From Candidatus Falkowbacteria bacterium (lineage in GTDB: Bacteria; Patescibacteriota; Patescibacteriia; Patescibacteriales; UBA12075): a stretch of 64,000 bases of DNA. The translations under genes were made by a program, and so were the position numbers. Location of the stretch: the NCBI GenBank assembly GCA_043801965.1, contig JAZDLN010000024.1:6670-70669 (forward strand), in the 5' to 3' direction. This document shows, piece by piece, positions 50,806 through 60,385 of this stretch. The notes under the pieces were generated by a model that ran no database searches, was not told the DNA's origin, and saw only the letters and a list, made by a program, of their open reading frames with translations. Position 1 is the stretch's first letter, and every line of letters starts with the position of its first letter.

Positions 50806-53634
50806 TTATGAATAGCTAACCTCGCTGATGGCTCCAGGCAGGGTCTTACTCCCCTGCTTTTCCACCATCCCCTTCGTGGGCAGGGCCACGTAAAAAACAG
50901 TGCCCTCGCCCTGTGCCGACTTAAACCATATCCGTCCTCCGGAATTTTCCACTATCATTTTAGAGACATAAAGCCCCAATCCAGTTCCCTCGGTTTCGTT
51001 CTTGATGGCGTTATCGGCACGGAAGAATTTTTCGAAAATCCTGCCCTGCGCTTTTTCGGGAATGCCGATGCCGCTGTCCTTGATCGTTAACAAGTATTCG
51101 CCGTTATCTTTTTTAATCTCCACGTTGACCCGGCCGCCGCTTTTGGAATAACGCACGGCGTTAGTGATAAGATTGTGTATTACCTGGCGGATTAAATTTA
51201 CGTCAACTGCCAAAGGGGGAAGATTCTTGCTCGCGCCGCCAAAAATTATGCTGACGCCCTTTACCTGGGCTAACGGCTCTATTTCTTTTATTATATTAAG
51301 GGTAAATTCGTGCAGATCCGTGGATTTCGGTTCGACCCTTAAACTACCCGACTCGAGCCTCGATAGGCTTAAGAGGTCGTTTACGAGCCTTACCATCCTT
51401 TCGGTGGATTCATAGATATTATCGAGATATTCCCGCTGTTCTTTTTTTAGCTTGCCCACCTGTTCATTGAGCATCATTTCCGTAAAAAGCTTAATGGCGG
51501 TCAGGGGCGTCCTTAACTGGTGCGACGCGACCGAGACGAATTCCGTTTTCATCCGATCGACCTCTTTAAGGTGGGTGATATCATGGAGGATTACGGCTCC
51601 TCCGAAAACTTTTCCCTGATTGTCCTTTACCGGGATGGCGGATATCTCAAAAACATACCTCTCGCTCAGCTGAGCTTCTTTTTTAAAAAGCCCTTCGCCC
51701 CCCTCCAGAGCCTCGTTGATCGTGGCGTTCATGTCGAAACCGCTGAATAGTTTATAAAAAGAGGATAAAACGAAACCGCTCCGGGAAAGACCGGTAAACT
51801 TCGTGGCGGCGGCGTTAACGAGGGTAATTTCTTTTTCGGCATCGAACATGATAACGCCGTCGCTTAAATTCTCGACAAGCGATATCGTCCGGGAATGCTG
51901 GGAGCGCATAAGGGCGCCTATCCTCGCCAAAGAAAGGGAGAAAGTGGCCAGCATCGCGTCGGCCAGACCGCTGATCTTTTTATCCGCCAAGCCGGTTCCG
52001 CCGGAAGACAGATGGATTATTCCCATGATATCGTCGCCGACCCTTAGGGGCAGGACAACGGTTGACTCCGCTTTGCCGGCCCTATTATTATTGATTTTTT
52101 CGCCTATTATAGAAGGCTGGATATTCCTTATTATCTTAACCGCTTTTTTCAATTCTTTATTATCGCTCTTTTGCAGGAACCCGATAATATCCTCGCTCGC
52201 TCCCGCCAGAAAGCTATCACTAACCTCGTCACGCAAAAATATTTTATACACGAATTCGCCCTCCTTTACCGGATCGATTATAAGATAGACGGCGGCGCTG
52301 TGTTCGATGACCCCGCCTAAATAACTATTTATGAAATTCACCGCCTTATCGATATCGAGGACGCCAGCGAGCTCATCGCTCAGGGCTTTTAACGCGACCA
52401 GCTCCTGGCTTCTTTTTTCAAGAGCGTCGTTGGCCTCCTTAAGTTTTAACTGCGACTCGGACACGTCATCAAGAATATTCAGGGTCGCCGATCGCTGCTC
52501 CTTCAGATAAACCTGATCCCTTTTCATGCTGGCCAAAGTCGCCGATAACTCTTCCGTTTTGGCGGCCACCTCTTTCTCAAGTTCCAGGTAATATTTTTTT
52601 TCCTTTTCCCGCGCGGCCAGCAAATCGCTTCCGGCCTTATTCACTGCTTTACCTAAAGCTCCCAGTTCATCTCCAGGAGAAATATCGACCCGATAACCGT
52701 AATCCCCGCGGCCCCAGGCCTCGGCCGCTTTAGCCAGGCTGCGGATGGGCTTAATGAAGGTATCAGCCACAACGGCGGCCATAAGCACCACTAAAAAAAG
52801 CATCAATCCGGCCAGAAGAAAGGGTTCCAGCCGCGATCCGGAAGGTTCGAACTGGTTTATTTTGTTAGTGAAAAATATCGTAAAAAGAATGGAGATGGCC
52901 GCGACCGCCACGAAAGAAATTATGAATTTATTCCTGATAGAAAACGGCCGAAAATGGATATCCAAAAAATGCAGACGATACATGCTGTATAGGATCGAAC
53001 CGAGGAATATCGTCGCTCCGATGCCGCCGGCCGGAAAAATAAAAATACCCAGGCGGGGAAAAATTATTTCGGTCGTAGACGCTAAGACGGTCGCCGCTAA
53101 AGCACCGAGAGAAATGATCTTCCGCTGCTGCTTTACGGCTTCAGTGGGTTCATTGCGGCGGGGCCCGACCAATATCATGATTATGCCGGCAAACAAAGCC
53201 AGCTCCCAAATATTTACCGCTAAATAAGCCGGACCGGGCATATAATTCAGATACTGAGTGCTTATATAACCCTCCTGATAGGCGCCGGGCATGAACATAA
53301 GTATCGTAGTTATTGTCGAAATCGCGAAAATCAACCGGCAGCGACGCCGGTTTTCGGAACCGGTAAAGCTCAAAAACAAAAAACAATAACAACTGGCTAG
53401 CGCAAAAGTAGCGGCGGATGTCTCAAACGCCCAAAGCCATTTCAAATACGGTTCAATCACCTGAAAACCCGACCTTATAAGCTCTCCCGCCTGCCACAAG
53501 ATCACGAATATAATAGCGGCAAACAGATATCGCAACAACCTCTTTCCCTTGATCCGGCCGGCTAAAAATCTGAGAGAAAACAGATTAACGATAATAACAA
53601 GGGCGGTAACGACAAAATAAATGCTTAGTTCCAT
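50806..53634 (-). CDS. multi-TM sensor histidine kinase (HAMP-GAF-PAS-HisKA-HATPase_c)
   Basis: 942 aa. About 7 N-terminal TM helices, HAMP (IKPIRSLAKAAEAWGRGDYGYRV), H-box SHQLRTPLTAIK, and N/G boxes (NLITNAVRYS, DSGIGIP, GTGLGLYVSK). Confidence 0.9.
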   Translation of the reverse strand: MELSIYFVVTALVIIVNLFSLRFLAGRIKGKRLLRYLFAAIIFVILWQAGELIRSGFQVIEPYLKWLWAFETSAATFALASCYCFLFLSFTGSENRRRCRLIFAISTITTILMFMPGAYQEGYISTQYLNYMPGPAYLAVNIWELALFAGIIMILVGPRRNEPTEAVKQQRKIISLGALAATVLASTTEIIFPRLGIFIFPAGGIGATIFLGSILYSMYRLHFLDIHFRPFSIRNKFIISFVAVAAISILFTIFFTNKINQFEPSGSRLEPFLLAGLMLFLVVLMAAVVADTFIKPIRSLAKAAEAWGRGDYGYRVDISPGDELGALGKAVNKAGSDLLAAREKEKKYYLELEKEVAAKTEELSATLASMKRDQVYLKEQRSATLNILDDVSESQLKLKEANDALEKRSQELVALKALSDELAGVLDIDKAVNFINSYLGGVIEHSAAVYLIIDPVKEGEFVYKIFLRDEVSDSFLAGASEDIIGFLQKSDNKELKKAVKIIRNIQPSIIGEKINNNRAGKAESTVVLPLRVGDDIMGIIHLSSGGTGLADKKISGLADAMLATFSLSLARIGALMRSQHSRTISLVENLSDGVIMFDAEKEITLVNAAATKFTGLSRSGFVLSSFYKLFSGFDMNATINEALEGGEGLFKKEAQLSERYVFEISAIPVKDNQGKVFGGAVILHDITHLKEVDRMKTEFVSVASHQLRTPLTAIKLFTEMMLNEQVGKLKKEQREYLDNIYESTERMVRLVNDLLSLSRLESGSLRVEPKSTDLHEFTLNIIKEIEPLAQVKGVSIIFGGASKNLPPLAVDVNLIRQVIHNLITNAVRYSKSGGRVNVEIKKDNGEYLLTIKDSGIGIPEKAQGRIFEKFFRADNAIKNETEGTGLGLYVSKMIVENSGGRIWFKSAQGEGTVFYVALPTKGMVEKQGSKTLPGAISEVSYS

Positions 53635-53732
53635 ATTGATTTATTAGGTTCTATAGATTGTTCCGCGGTAATGCGCATCGGTTTTTCTTGCCGCAGCCTC
53701 TAGAAAACCAGAATCATCTGCCAGCTTGGCGG

Positions 53733-55007
53733 TTATTTTTTAAGTTCGGCCGCTTGGCCCTCAAGCTCTTTGATCCGATTTTTAAGTTCGATCATTTTAG
53801 TCTCCCGGCCGACAGTGAGCTCATTGAACCTTTCGAGCTCCCGGTTTCTCTCAATAAGGCTTTCTTCGACTTTTTTCTCCCTGGTTATGTCCCGTCCGGT
53901 AACTAGAATCCCGACGATCTTTCCGTCCTTTTTGATCAGATCGGAACCCTCGTATATTTGCAGAACTTTGGTTTCGCCGGACTTACTTTCTAAATTTACC
54001 TCAAATTCCAAATGATGATGGCCCAGGAACTCCTGTGCTAAGGCGGTCAGGGCGACCTTAACAGAATCTTTGCTTAAAAATTTTGTAATAGACTCTCCGA
54101 TTATTTCTTTTTCGTCATAACCGGATATTACCTGGGCGCTATGGTTGGCGAAGACTATTTTTCCGGTTTTGGAAAGTATCAATACTATTTCTTTCATTTT
54201 GCTCAGGATAAATTCATATCTGGCCTCGCTTTCCTTAAGCGCCGTTTCTTTTTCTTTATACTCGGAAACGTCCTGAAAAACGGCCACTATTTCTCCTGAA
54301 GGCAGCTTAAATACGTGGTTGTCCATCCATTGAACTATCCGTTTATCTTCATAAAAAGTGGGCGGTTGAGTTTCCGGCTGGCCGGTTTTCCAAACCCTTT
54401 GAAAAACCGCCGCTAACCCCATTTTAGCGATCCCGGGAAACGCCTCGAATACGCTTCGCCCGACAACCTCTTCTTTTTTAATCCGGCATATTTTTTCTCC
54501 GGCCGTGTTTATGTCCTTAAAAATAAAATCCGCTCCGTCATCCGCCGCCTCGTAAACGGCTACGCCGTTATACATATGATCGAAAAGATCCTTGAACCTT
54601 ACTTCGCTTTCTTCAAGCTTACTTTCGACTTCCCGGCGGTAAAAAGCGGTTTCGATGGCCGCGTAAAGCTCACGCTCGTTAAAGGGCTTGCTCAGGTAGC
54701 CGTAAGGCCGCGCCTTTTTCGCCCTTTTTACCATGTCATCGTCGGTATAAGCGGTCAGGAAGATTATCGGACTTAGATCGCCGATCGCTTCCGCCGCCTG
54801 GATGCCGTCGAAATCACCCGGCAGCTTTATGTCCATCAAAACCAGATCCGGCTTCTCTTTTTTGCATATTTCGACCGCTTCTTTTCCGGAAGATGAATAT
54901 CCGGCTATTTCATAGCCGAATTTTTTCAAAGTCTCTTTTATGTCCTGGACCACGATATTTTCGTCCTCCACGATCAAAATTGATTTTTTCGATGATAGCT
55001 TTTTCAT
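53733..55007 (-). CDS. response regulator receiver + two PAS domains + C-terminal coiled coil (no DNA-binding output)
   Basis: 424 aa. ILIVEDENIV...DLVLMDIKLPGDFDGI...IIFLTAY...GYLSKP. PAS-like segments. Coiled-coil tail NRELERFNELTVGRETKMIELKNRIKELEGQ. Confidence 0.85.
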   Translation of the reverse strand: MKKLSSKKSILIVEDENIVVQDIKETLKKFGYEIAGYSSSGKEAVEICKKEKPDLVLMDIKLPGDFDGIQAAEAIGDLSPIIFLTAYTDDDMVKRAKKARPYGYLSKPFNERELYAAIETAFYRREVESKLEESEVRFKDLFDHMYNGVAVYEAADDGADFIFKDINTAGEKICRIKKEEVVGRSVFEAFPGIAKMGLAAVFQRVWKTGQPETQPPTFYEDKRIVQWMDNHVFKLPSGEIVAVFQDVSEYKEKETALKESEARYEFILSKMKEIVLILSKTGKIVFANHSAQVISGYDEKEIIGESITKFLSKDSVKVALTALAQEFLGHHHLEFEVNLESKSGETKVLQIYEGSDLIKKDGKIVGILVTGRDITREKKVEESLIERNRELERFNELTVGRETKMIELKNRIKELEGQAAELKK

Positions 55008-55025
55008 ATATTTATTTAATTCGGA

Positions 55026-56048
55026 TTAAATCGTTTTGGGAAATTTTATGACGCACTTCGTTCCTTTATCTTTTTCGGAAACCACCCTGATGCTTCCGTA
55101 TATCTGCTGTGAGAGGGTATTGACGAGCGTCATGCCCAATGAGTTGGCGGAATTGACGCTTGTCATATCGAAGCCGACGCCGTTATCGCTCACGGTCAAT
55201 TCATAATTTAATTCATCGGCTGATTTTAAGCCGATATTTATTTCACCGGTCCTCTTATCGGGAAAAGCGTATTTAAGGGAATTAGTAACGAGTTCGTTTA
55301 TGATCAAAGCGCAGGGAATGGCCCCGCTGATGTTCAGTTCGGCTTTAATAACGTCTATTTTATAAGAGACCAGGTTTCTGTCCACCAAAAAAAGATTGAA
55401 CAGATTTATGATCAAATTTTTGATATATTCGCCGAAGTCGATCCGGCCGATATCCGGCGATTGATAAAGACTCTCGTGCACGAGAAGGATTGACTTTATC
55501 TGCCCCTTGCTCTCTTCGATCAATTTTCTGGCCGATCCATCCTTGATGTTGCGGGATTGCATGTTAAGCAGGCTATAGATCACCTGCATGTTGTTCTTTA
55601 CCCGATGCTGTATTTCCTTTAAAAGTACTTCCTTTTCGACAAGATCGGCCTTGATCCGCTCCTGGTTGTTGCGATTTTCAGTAATATCTTCGACTATGCA
55701 AAGAAGTTTTTGGGTTTCTCCGTCTTTATTTTTTACGGGAATGCCGTAGTAGCTGCGGAAGCTTTCTTTTTTTCCGATAAAAGAAATATATTTTATCCCC
55801 TCGATCCGAAATGACTCCCCGGAGAGGCCTTTTTCAATATATTCCAAAAGTCCGTATTCTTTATAAGTCGGTATTTCCCGTATATTCTGCCCCTCTATTT
55901 CCCCGGCTTCTTTTACTCCGCTTATTTTTACCATTTCCGAATTAAAAAATTCAACCTGCCCTTCCTTATTGATTATATAGGCGCCGAAGGGAAGATTGTT
56001 TAAGGCCTCTTTTGACATGGCCGGCAAAATAAAAATGTTGTCTGTCAT
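55026..56048 (-). CDS. cytoplasmic PAS sensor histidine kinase, HisKA_2/HWE-type
   Basis: 340 aa. H-box EIQHRVKNNMQVIYSLLNMQ. ATPase motifs ELVTNSLKYAF, DNGVGF. Confidence 0.8.
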   Translation of the reverse strand: MTDNIFILPAMSKEALNNLPFGAYIINKEGQVEFFNSEMVKISGVKEAGEIEGQNIREIPTYKEYGLLEYIEKGLSGESFRIEGIKYISFIGKKESFRSYYGIPVKNKDGETQKLLCIVEDITENRNNQERIKADLVEKEVLLKEIQHRVKNNMQVIYSLLNMQSRNIKDGSARKLIEESKGQIKSILLVHESLYQSPDIGRIDFGEYIKNLIINLFNLFLVDRNLVSYKIDVIKAELNISGAIPCALIINELVTNSLKYAFPDKRTGEINIGLKSADELNYELTVSDNGVGFDMTSVNSANSLGMTLVNTLSQQIYGSIRVVSEKDKGTKCVIKFPKTI

Positions 56049-56124
56049 AAATAAAGATATAATTTTCTGATAAAACCTCTCTTTGTCATTGACTTGATAC
56101 CTGTTATTATAACATTTTTCGCTG

Positions 56125-56171
56125 AATAAATAAAATAAAACACAGGAACAGGAAAATCCTGTTCCTGTGTT
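56125..56171 (-). terminator. rho-independent terminator of ssb
   Basis: Minus strand reads AACACAGGAACAGG-atttt-CCTGTTCCTGTGTT followed by TTATTTTATTTATT. A TGTTATAAT element (56104-56112, minus) follows and could drive the 55026 kinase gene. Confidence 0.88.
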
Positions 56172-56179
56172 AAAAAACC

Positions 56180-56644
56180 TTAAAACGGTATATTTTCAAC
56201 CTTGATCTCCTCTTCGTCCGGCTCGTCGCTTCCGCCGCTTTCCACGGTAATGACGGCGGAGGCTTCTTCCATCGGCAACGGCGGTTCTTCCGCGCCCCGG
56301 GAAGCGGTAACGCCTCCGGCCCGGTCAAGCATGATCATGTTGTCGGCAATGATCTCCGTGCGGTAACGCTTGACTCCGTCCTGCCCGAGCCAATCGCGGG
56401 TTTGCAGGCGTCCTTCGATATAAACCTTCGAGCCTTTGCGCAGATATTGGCCGCAAATTTCGGCCAATTTTCGCCAGGCGATCACGTTGTGGTAATCGGC
56501 CCTTTGCTGCTTATTGCCGGCCGCGTCCCGCCAGACAAGGTTAGTGGCGACGCTGAATGACGCGACGGCCAAACCGGCTGGAGTATTCCTGATCTCCGGA
56601 TCGCGGGTCAGGTTGCCGATAAGCATGGCTTTGTTAAGATTCAT
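56180..56644 (-). CDS. ssb: single-stranded DNA-binding protein
   Basis: 154 aa. MNLNKAMLIGNLTRDPEIRNTPAGLAVASFSVATN...YHNVIAWRKLAEICGQYLRKGSKVYIEGRLQTRDW. Acidic C-terminal tip ...EEEIKVENIPF. Confidence 0.93.
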   Translation of the reverse strand: MNLNKAMLIGNLTRDPEIRNTPAGLAVASFSVATNLVWRDAAGNKQQRADYHNVIAWRKLAEICGQYLRKGSKVYIEGRLQTRDWLGQDGVKRYRTEIIADNMIMLDRAGGVTASRGAEEPPLPMEEASAVITVESGGSDEPDEEEIKVENIPF

Positions 56645-56711
56645 GCGATTTTTCTTATCCGGTATGAATTTTAAAAAATCATCATCGGATATAGGATAAA
56701 TGTTAATTAGA

Positions 56712-56845
56712 AGCTGTCCCGAGCATCCCTCTTAAAGCCGCTTTAAGAATCCGCGTGGTTACCCTGGGCGCGCGTCCGCGCGGGCGCGAACGCGGATAAA
56801 AAATTCGGATCAGCTGAACACCTGGGGACAACTCTAATTATTATA
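56712..56845 (-). ncRNA. candidate structured GC-rich RNA element (5' leader of ssb, or a small RNA), class unknown
   Basis: TATAAT at 56845-56840 (minus), with the predicted TSS at about 56833. Closing stem AGUUGUCCC (56833-56825) / GGGACAGCU (56720-56712) includes one U-G pair, which is only compatible with the minus strand. Inner stems: AUCCGCG/CGCGGAU and UCUUAAAG/CUUUAAGA. It is a GC-rich patch inside AT-rich spacer. Confidence 0.3.
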
Positions 56846-56928
56846 CCTTATTGCCGATGAAAAAATTATAAAAAAAATATAAAGAAACCATAAAAAAAAT
56901 ATAAAAAATTTATGAAGTCTGGCGTTTT

Positions 56929-59067
56929 TTACGAAGAACGAACGGGAAGTTCGATGATAAATTTAGTGCCTTTCCCTAGACGGCTCTCCGCCCGTATCGC
57001 GCCGCCGTGTTTTTCCACTATTTTTTTGCATATCGCCAATCCCAGTCCGGTTCCTTTTTTGTCTGGAAATGATTCGTTGCTGATCCGGTACATCTTTTCG
57101 AAAATATGGGAAATATGTTTTTTATCTATGCCGATGCCGTCATCAGCCACTATTAAAACGGCTTCTTTCCTTTTTCGGTAAAGATCAAGGATTATCTTGC
57201 CTCTTTGCCCGGGTTTCATGAATTTAAGGCTGTTCGAGGCCAGGTTCATGAGCAGCTCCTCAACCTCGGACTTGTCCCCGAAAATATCGATATCCGGTTC
57301 GATGTTTCCGGCGACATCGATGTTTTTATCCTCGGTGATTATCTTTATGTTATCGATCGATTCCTCGAGAAGTTCGCTTAAGCTGAAAACGGTTTTTCTC
57401 TCCTCCCCGTCCCTTTCCTGCCTGACGAGCCGGAGCATATCGTAGATAAAGCGGGAGATGTGATCGATATTGTGCTCAAGCCGGCCGATCTCCTTCTTGT
57501 CCTTTATCTGGTTATTAAGCAGGCTTAATTCGCCCCTGATTATCGTAAGCGGCGTCTGCAGGCCGTGGGCGATCTCCATCATCATCTGCCTCTGCTCTTC
57601 CTGCAGGCTTTTTATGTTCTCCGTCCTTTCCACCACCTTTTTTTCCAGTTCTTTGGAATGGTTTTTTACCTTTTCGTACAGCTGGGCGTTTTCGAAGGCT
57701 ACCGCCGCCTGGCAGGCGAATGTTTTTAAAAGATTGATGTCTTCGCTCGTATAATAATCGCCGGATAATTTTTTCCCTAAAGCGACCAGACCGATTAGAT
57801 GGGTGCCGGATTTTATCGCTATCGCCATCTCAATGCCGTAATCGGCGCCGAAAGACCGCGCCTGCTCTAAGGAACGCCGTCGTTCGCCGGTTTCGTCCTT
57901 AGGTAGCGAGTCTAATTCCTGCTGGAGATCGGATATGACCAATACCGTATCCGGATGGATCTCGATCGCCCGCTTTAATTCGGCCGACAATCCGACCTTG
58001 GTCTTCCTGACTATTTTATCGTGGCTGAATATAAGATTCTGTCCAGGCACTATTATGTATAAGCTTTCCGGCCTTAAAATGTCCAGCAGCTTATCAGTAA
58101 TTTTCTGCAGCAAGGCTGATAAATTAAGATTCTTGTTGAGTATGTCGCTAAGCTCGTAGATCGCTTCGGAATAGTCGTATTTATCTTTGAAAAAAAACCT
58201 ATCGGTGGCCCGCCGGAAAAACCTGTCCAGGGGAGGTATTCCGTATATGCCGGCCGCGGTCGTCAAGAGTCCGACTATTATCATGGTCAGGTTGGTAATT
58301 TCCTGGAAGATCAGGCCCAGGATCAGGACGCCCAGGATATACACGACCGCCACGAAGCTAAAAAGGACCGAATAGATCAATCCGCGCTGAATCACGATCT
58401 TTATGTCCAAAAGCTGGTGCCGGATTATGGCGTAGGAGGTAAAACCGATGAAAAAAACTGAAAACTGTGGCCCCAAATTAAAAAATTTTAGAATTCCTAC
58501 CGCTGGCAACAAAACGCTAAAAACAATTCCCCCTATCAACAGCATAAAAAATCCAATTTCCAAATATAATATTTGAGCTCTTTTTTTTGCGTCAGAATGC
58601 CGATAACTTAAGCCCAATTTTATTGCGCCATACACTAAACCAACAAAACTAAAAACTAAAAAGAACCAATATAAAACTCCCGGAATAAATTGCGCCGGTG
58701 TATTTTCTGAAAAAAATGCTTCACCAACGTCATATTTTGAAAAAGCGAATAAACCGACAACTAGGGTAGGAATAAAAAATACACTGAACTTTAATTTTGT
58801 TAGCTTATTATTAATGAATAACTCAACAAAACAAAGATAGAGGCTGATAAAAATTGATCCGCTGATCAGAGCCAAGCCACTCCACAACACCAAGGAAAAG
58901 CGCTCAGAAGCTATATCTGCTAACGCATTGGACCCCAGCCAAACGGCATCTGCGATAATTATTAAACCTAAATATCGTGCTAAATTTTTTTTCTGCTTTA
59001 AAATAAAAGCCGCAAATCCAAAACAGATTATTGTAAGGATCGCGGCTGTGTAAGTAAAAATAAACAT
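56929..59067 (-). CDS. multi-TM sensor histidine kinase (membrane domain-GAF-HisKA-HATPase_c)
   Basis: 712 aa. About 8 TM helices. H-box AHGLQTPLTIIRGE. NLASNSLKF, DDGIGID, GTGLGLAICKKIVEKHGG. Confidence 0.9.
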   Translation of the reverse strand: MFIFTYTAAILTIICFGFAAFILKQKKNLARYLGLIIIADAVWLGSNALADIASERFSLVLWSGLALISGSIFISLYLCFVELFINNKLTKLKFSVFFIPTLVVGLFAFSKYDVGEAFFSENTPAQFIPGVLYWFFLVFSFVGLVYGAIKLGLSYRHSDAKKRAQILYLEIGFFMLLIGGIVFSVLLPAVGILKFFNLGPQFSVFFIGFTSYAIIRHQLLDIKIVIQRGLIYSVLFSFVAVVYILGVLILGLIFQEITNLTMIIVGLLTTAAGIYGIPPLDRFFRRATDRFFFKDKYDYSEAIYELSDILNKNLNLSALLQKITDKLLDILRPESLYIIVPGQNLIFSHDKIVRKTKVGLSAELKRAIEIHPDTVLVISDLQQELDSLPKDETGERRRSLEQARSFGADYGIEMAIAIKSGTHLIGLVALGKKLSGDYYTSEDINLLKTFACQAAVAFENAQLYEKVKNHSKELEKKVVERTENIKSLQEEQRQMMMEIAHGLQTPLTIIRGELSLLNNQIKDKKEIGRLEHNIDHISRFIYDMLRLVRQERDGEERKTVFSLSELLEESIDNIKIITEDKNIDVAGNIEPDIDIFGDKSEVEELLMNLASNSLKFMKPGQRGKIILDLYRKRKEAVLIVADDGIGIDKKHISHIFEKMYRISNESFPDKKGTGLGLAICKKIVEKHGGAIRAESRLGKGTKFIIELPVRSS

Positions 59068-59199
59068 GTTAAATTCGTAGTATCCCCCGATGCCTTGCTC
59101 CGGGGATCCCTTTAGCGAAGCGTTAAAAACCGCAGCGGTTTTTAAAATAATGACTTCCCCAGGATACCTCGCAACTTTGCTGCGGGGTGGTTAATTTTA

Positions 59200-59910
59200 T
59201 TATATTTTTATTATCGTAAGGGCGGCATAGCCCAAACTTTCAGGATCATGCATATAATTTCTGAAAATACCGTACAAACAGACCTTGTTATTTTTGTAAA
59301 AACCCGTAAGAACGGGATCGGGTATTACTGGAGATGGCAATAAAGAATTGGTCTTAAGAGAGAGGGCTTTGCTCAATCGGCCGCCTACTTTTTCTACGCT
59401 CCTTATTGCGTACCACAATACGATTTCTTCCTGATTTTGGATTAATCCCGAAAAGCTATTGTTTATTCGTGTGCTCTCAATGTATTTTTTTAAACCAGGC
59501 ATACGAACCATGCCAACGGCATATTTCTTACCATATTTTATCATGAAACCGTATAATTCATCCATTAAGTTTTTGCCAGCACCTGGACTTTCAGAGCAAA
59601 TACTTACTACATATAAAGAGCTACCCATGGAATTGTGCGTCTTTTTCGTAAATCCGAAATCCGTATCGTGATCGAATGAAACTAAATTCGGATTAGCTAA
59701 ATCGAAATCAATGAGCTGAAAATAAACATAACCTTTTATGTTGTTGTCTTTTTCCGCGACCAGAAATCCCTGGGGGTGGGTTTTAAACCAGGCGTTAAAA
59801 TACTTTTTACCGAAAATAGCGGTTCCGGCTTTTCCCCAAATTCGCTTTTCGATCAAGGCGAGTTTCTTGAAATCAGCCGGTTGCGCGTTCCTGATTATAT
59901 AATTTTCCAT
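59200..59910 (-). CDS. putative GNAT-family acetyltransferase
   Basis: 236 aa. IIRNAQPADFKKLALIEKRIW...FLVAEKDNNIKGYVYF...ICSESPGAGKNLMDELYGFMIKYG fits GNAT motif A/B order. A hairpin AAAACCGC-a-GCGGTTTT at 59125-59141 lies downstream. Confidence 0.5.
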   Translation of the reverse strand: MENYIIRNAQPADFKKLALIEKRIWGKAGTAIFGKKYFNAWFKTHPQGFLVAEKDNNIKGYVYFQLIDFDLANPNLVSFDHDTDFGFTKKTHNSMGSSLYVVSICSESPGAGKNLMDELYGFMIKYGKKYAVGMVRMPGLKKYIESTRINNSFSGLIQNQEEIVLWYAIRSVEKVGGRLSKALSLKTNSLLPSPVIPDPVLTGFYKNNKVCLYGIFRNYMHDPESLGYAALTIIKI

Positions 59911-59963
59911 TGAGACTCCTATCCATAATAATTATAGCTGAAAATGGCTGAATAATAAACGGC

Positions 59964-60374
59964 TTAGGGATAAATATTCTTAACCGGGAAACGTTTGCCC
60001 CGAAGTTTAAGTTCTTGGTCGATGTTCTCGTCTTCGATCTCAAAGGTATTTTTTATGTAATCGATCGCTTTTTGAGCCTCAAAGTCCTTGCAGGAAAAAA
60101 TATCGATCGCGATAAAGCCCTTTTTCGAATACGTGTGGAAAGCGATGTGCGATTCCTTGATAAAGACGAATCCGGAAACGCCGGCAATGGCCGCTTCCTT
60201 AAATTTCCCTAATTGCGGCACGCTGAATTTATGCATGCCGATAACTTCGGGAAAACCGTCCAAAAAATCGAATAGAAGCCCGATATCGTCAAGCTTTTTC
60301 GGATCGATGCCGTAAGCTTCGACCATAAGATGCGGTCCGTAATATCCAGTCTTGGCCAGTCGTTTTTTTCCCAT
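59964..60374 (-). CDS. S-adenosylmethionine decarboxylase-family pyruvoyl proenzyme (class 1b, SpeH-like)
   Basis: 136 aa. GPHLMVEAYGIDPKKLDD...GVSGFVFIKESHIAFHTYSKKGFIAIDIFSC parallels the SpeH pattern [31 protein letters not shown], including the ES self-cleavage site. Confidence 0.8.
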   Translation of the reverse strand: MGKKRLAKTGYYGPHLMVEAYGIDPKKLDDIGLLFDFLDGFPEVIGMHKFSVPQLGKFKEAAIAGVSGFVFIKESHIAFHTYSKKGFIAIDIFSCKDFEAQKAIDYIKNTFEIEDENIDQELKLRGKRFPVKNIYP

Positions 60375-60385
60375 CTTCCCCCTCC

